Part shown: one piece after another, positions 62,731 to 64,000 of the stretch | How the letters are laid out: each line of letters begins with the position of its first letter | How positions within the stretch are numbered: position 1 is the stretch's first letter | Origin: Candidatus Bathyarchaeia archaeon | GTDB lineage: Archaea > Thermoproteota > Bathyarchaeia > Bathyarchaeales > Bathycorpusculaceae | Assembly (NCBI GenBank): GCA_049516875.1 | Contig: JBEKSS010000007.1 | Location: 175,536-239,535, forward strand | Length of the DNA: 64,000 nt | Direction: 5' to 3' | Translations under genes and position numbers: made by a program | Notes under the pieces: generated by a model | Told to the model about the DNA's origin: nothing | Database searches by the model: none | The model's input: the letters and a program-made list of their open reading frames with translations, nothing else

Positions 62731-63024
62731 GCATGTCAAACGTCCCGCACTGATCTATTAGATGCAAATGTTTACAAAATCGTGGAAGAGCGTGAATTAT
62801 GTTTACTTGTATACTAGCACTAGCAGGAGCCGCCAAGCAAAAAGGTGCTTCAGGTTCTAACGTTAAGGCTTCTAAGCGGACGGCCCGCGAATAGTTCACC
62901 CATTTTTTCAATAAAAAATTCGCTGTAATATTGGCCTATGTGCTATTCAGTACTATAGTTGCGATTCCATAGGTCCTTAAACGGCGGCTTTAACATTGAA
63001 AATGTAGAATCTAGGTGACGTCGG

Positions 63025-63948
63025 ATGGAGAGCCCGAATTCTAATATGGAAGCTTCAGCCGTGAGATCTCAGGATCTTAAAAAGAATATCCTGAAGATGT
63101 TTAGAGGTAAAGAATTCTACGGGTACGAAATTCACAAGAAACTTGCGTCTGAAGGCGTTACGGTTGAGATCAGCCGTTTGTACAGGATTCTAAACGAGAT
63201 GCTGCGAGAGCACTTGCTTCAGAGTCGTTGGCAGAAGAGCCAGTTTGGACCCGAGAAGAGGGTTTACAGGCTTAGCGGGAAGGGGAGGGAGGAGCTTAAC
63301 AGGATTTTCTTAGACGCTATCGAGACCATCGAGGCCTTCTATGGTGAATACTTGTTGGGTCTTCCCTCAAAGATCAACGTTTTTGATAACGTCTGCAGGC
63401 TACTTGGAGAGGAATTAATGGACCAACGCATCATCGTGTACATTGTCCATGAATACTCCGCAATGCACGAGAGAATGATATGCTGTCTTATTAGTAAAGT
63501 GCGTAGGGGAAAGATTTACCTGGTGAAGCCAAGATCAGTGGAGTTGTACCGGCGTCTGGACAACTTGTTTTACTTGGATGGCAGCTACGTGAAAGTTCCA
63601 TTAAAAGATGGTTATGCTGACCTGATAGTGGTCGCCAACATTCCCGAAAACGATCTTGTGGAGACAGCCCTGAGAGAGTGGGGCAGAGTACTAAAAGAAA
63701 GTGGAAGGCTCGTGATCTTGATGCCCACAGTTTTCGTCCGCGAATACGAGGACCCGTTGACGATAAGCGACTTTATAGAGAAACATGAATATGAAGCACT
63801 GGAACTGGATAAACGTGCGAATAAGAAAGCCTTTCGGGCGTTGCTGGAGAATTTTTTCCGAAAGGTTGAAGAAACGGAGATTGTTAACATGACCATCTTC
63901 TCGGCATCGGAACCACATTTCTCCAGCAATAGCGCGCGCGCTCGTTGA
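63025..63948 (+). CDS. PadR wHTH fused to a degenerate methyltransferase-fold domain, copy 2
   Basis: Close paralog of 61506-62384 (DLKKNILKMFRG...ETALREWGRVL...DPLTI). Confidence 0.87.
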   Translation: MESPNSNMEASAVRSQDLKKNILKMFRGKEFYGYEIHKKLASEGVTVEISRLYRILNEMLREHLLQSRWQKSQFGPEKRVYRLSGKGREELNRIFLDAIETIEAFYGEYLLGLPSKINVFDNVCRLLGEELMDQRIIVYIVHEYSAMHERMICCLISKVRRGKIYLVKPRSVELYRRLDNLFYLDGSYVKVPLKDGYADLIVVANIPENDLVETALREWGRVLKESGRLVILMPTVFVREYEDPLTISDFIEKHEYEALELDKRANKKAFRALLENFFRKVEETEIVNMTIFSASEPHFSSNSARAR

Positions 63949-64000
63949 CGGAACATAAAAATCAGGAATGCAGTATATGCAATTAAAGTGAATTTTATTA

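Overview
Archaeal chromosomal segment; Bathyarchaeia is my best guess (inferred from eS1/S3Ae, Alba, a single-OB SSB, HdrA-MvhD fusions and dockerin-like secreted proteins). Core content: an ABC-2 exporter, a nucleotide-sugar dehydrogenase, a DEAD helicase-Alba-SSB cluster, rps3ae, serS, alaX, moaE and trxB. There are two redox clusters: HdrC/GltD fusion + HdrA-MvhD + 2-oxoacid:ferredoxin oxidoreductase, and NfnAB + HdrD-like + a second HdrA whose MvhD domain has no cysteines + EtfBA + acyl-CoA dehydrogenase. Accessory blocks: an AT-rich island of unknown membrane or secreted proteins (about 6.3-10.3 kb), a copper module (14-19 kb), a type II R-M pair, a patch of small genes and fragments (56.5-60.3 kb) and a PadR/methyltransferase-fold triplet. 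The most unusual signals are non-coding. (1) About two dozen GCGCGC(GC) tracts lie almost only between genes or at gene ends; they bracket accessory modules and sit at apparent gene breakpoints. (2) A ~130-bp dimeric repeat occurs three times, and its orientation matches kb-scale C/A versus G/T strand-skew domains. (3) A GGGTTTGGG...CCCAAACCC palindrome family flanks accessory genes. I recognised no rRNA, tRNA, CRISPR array, integrase or transposase. All counts and alignments were done by eye; family names come from motif recognition, not database searches.
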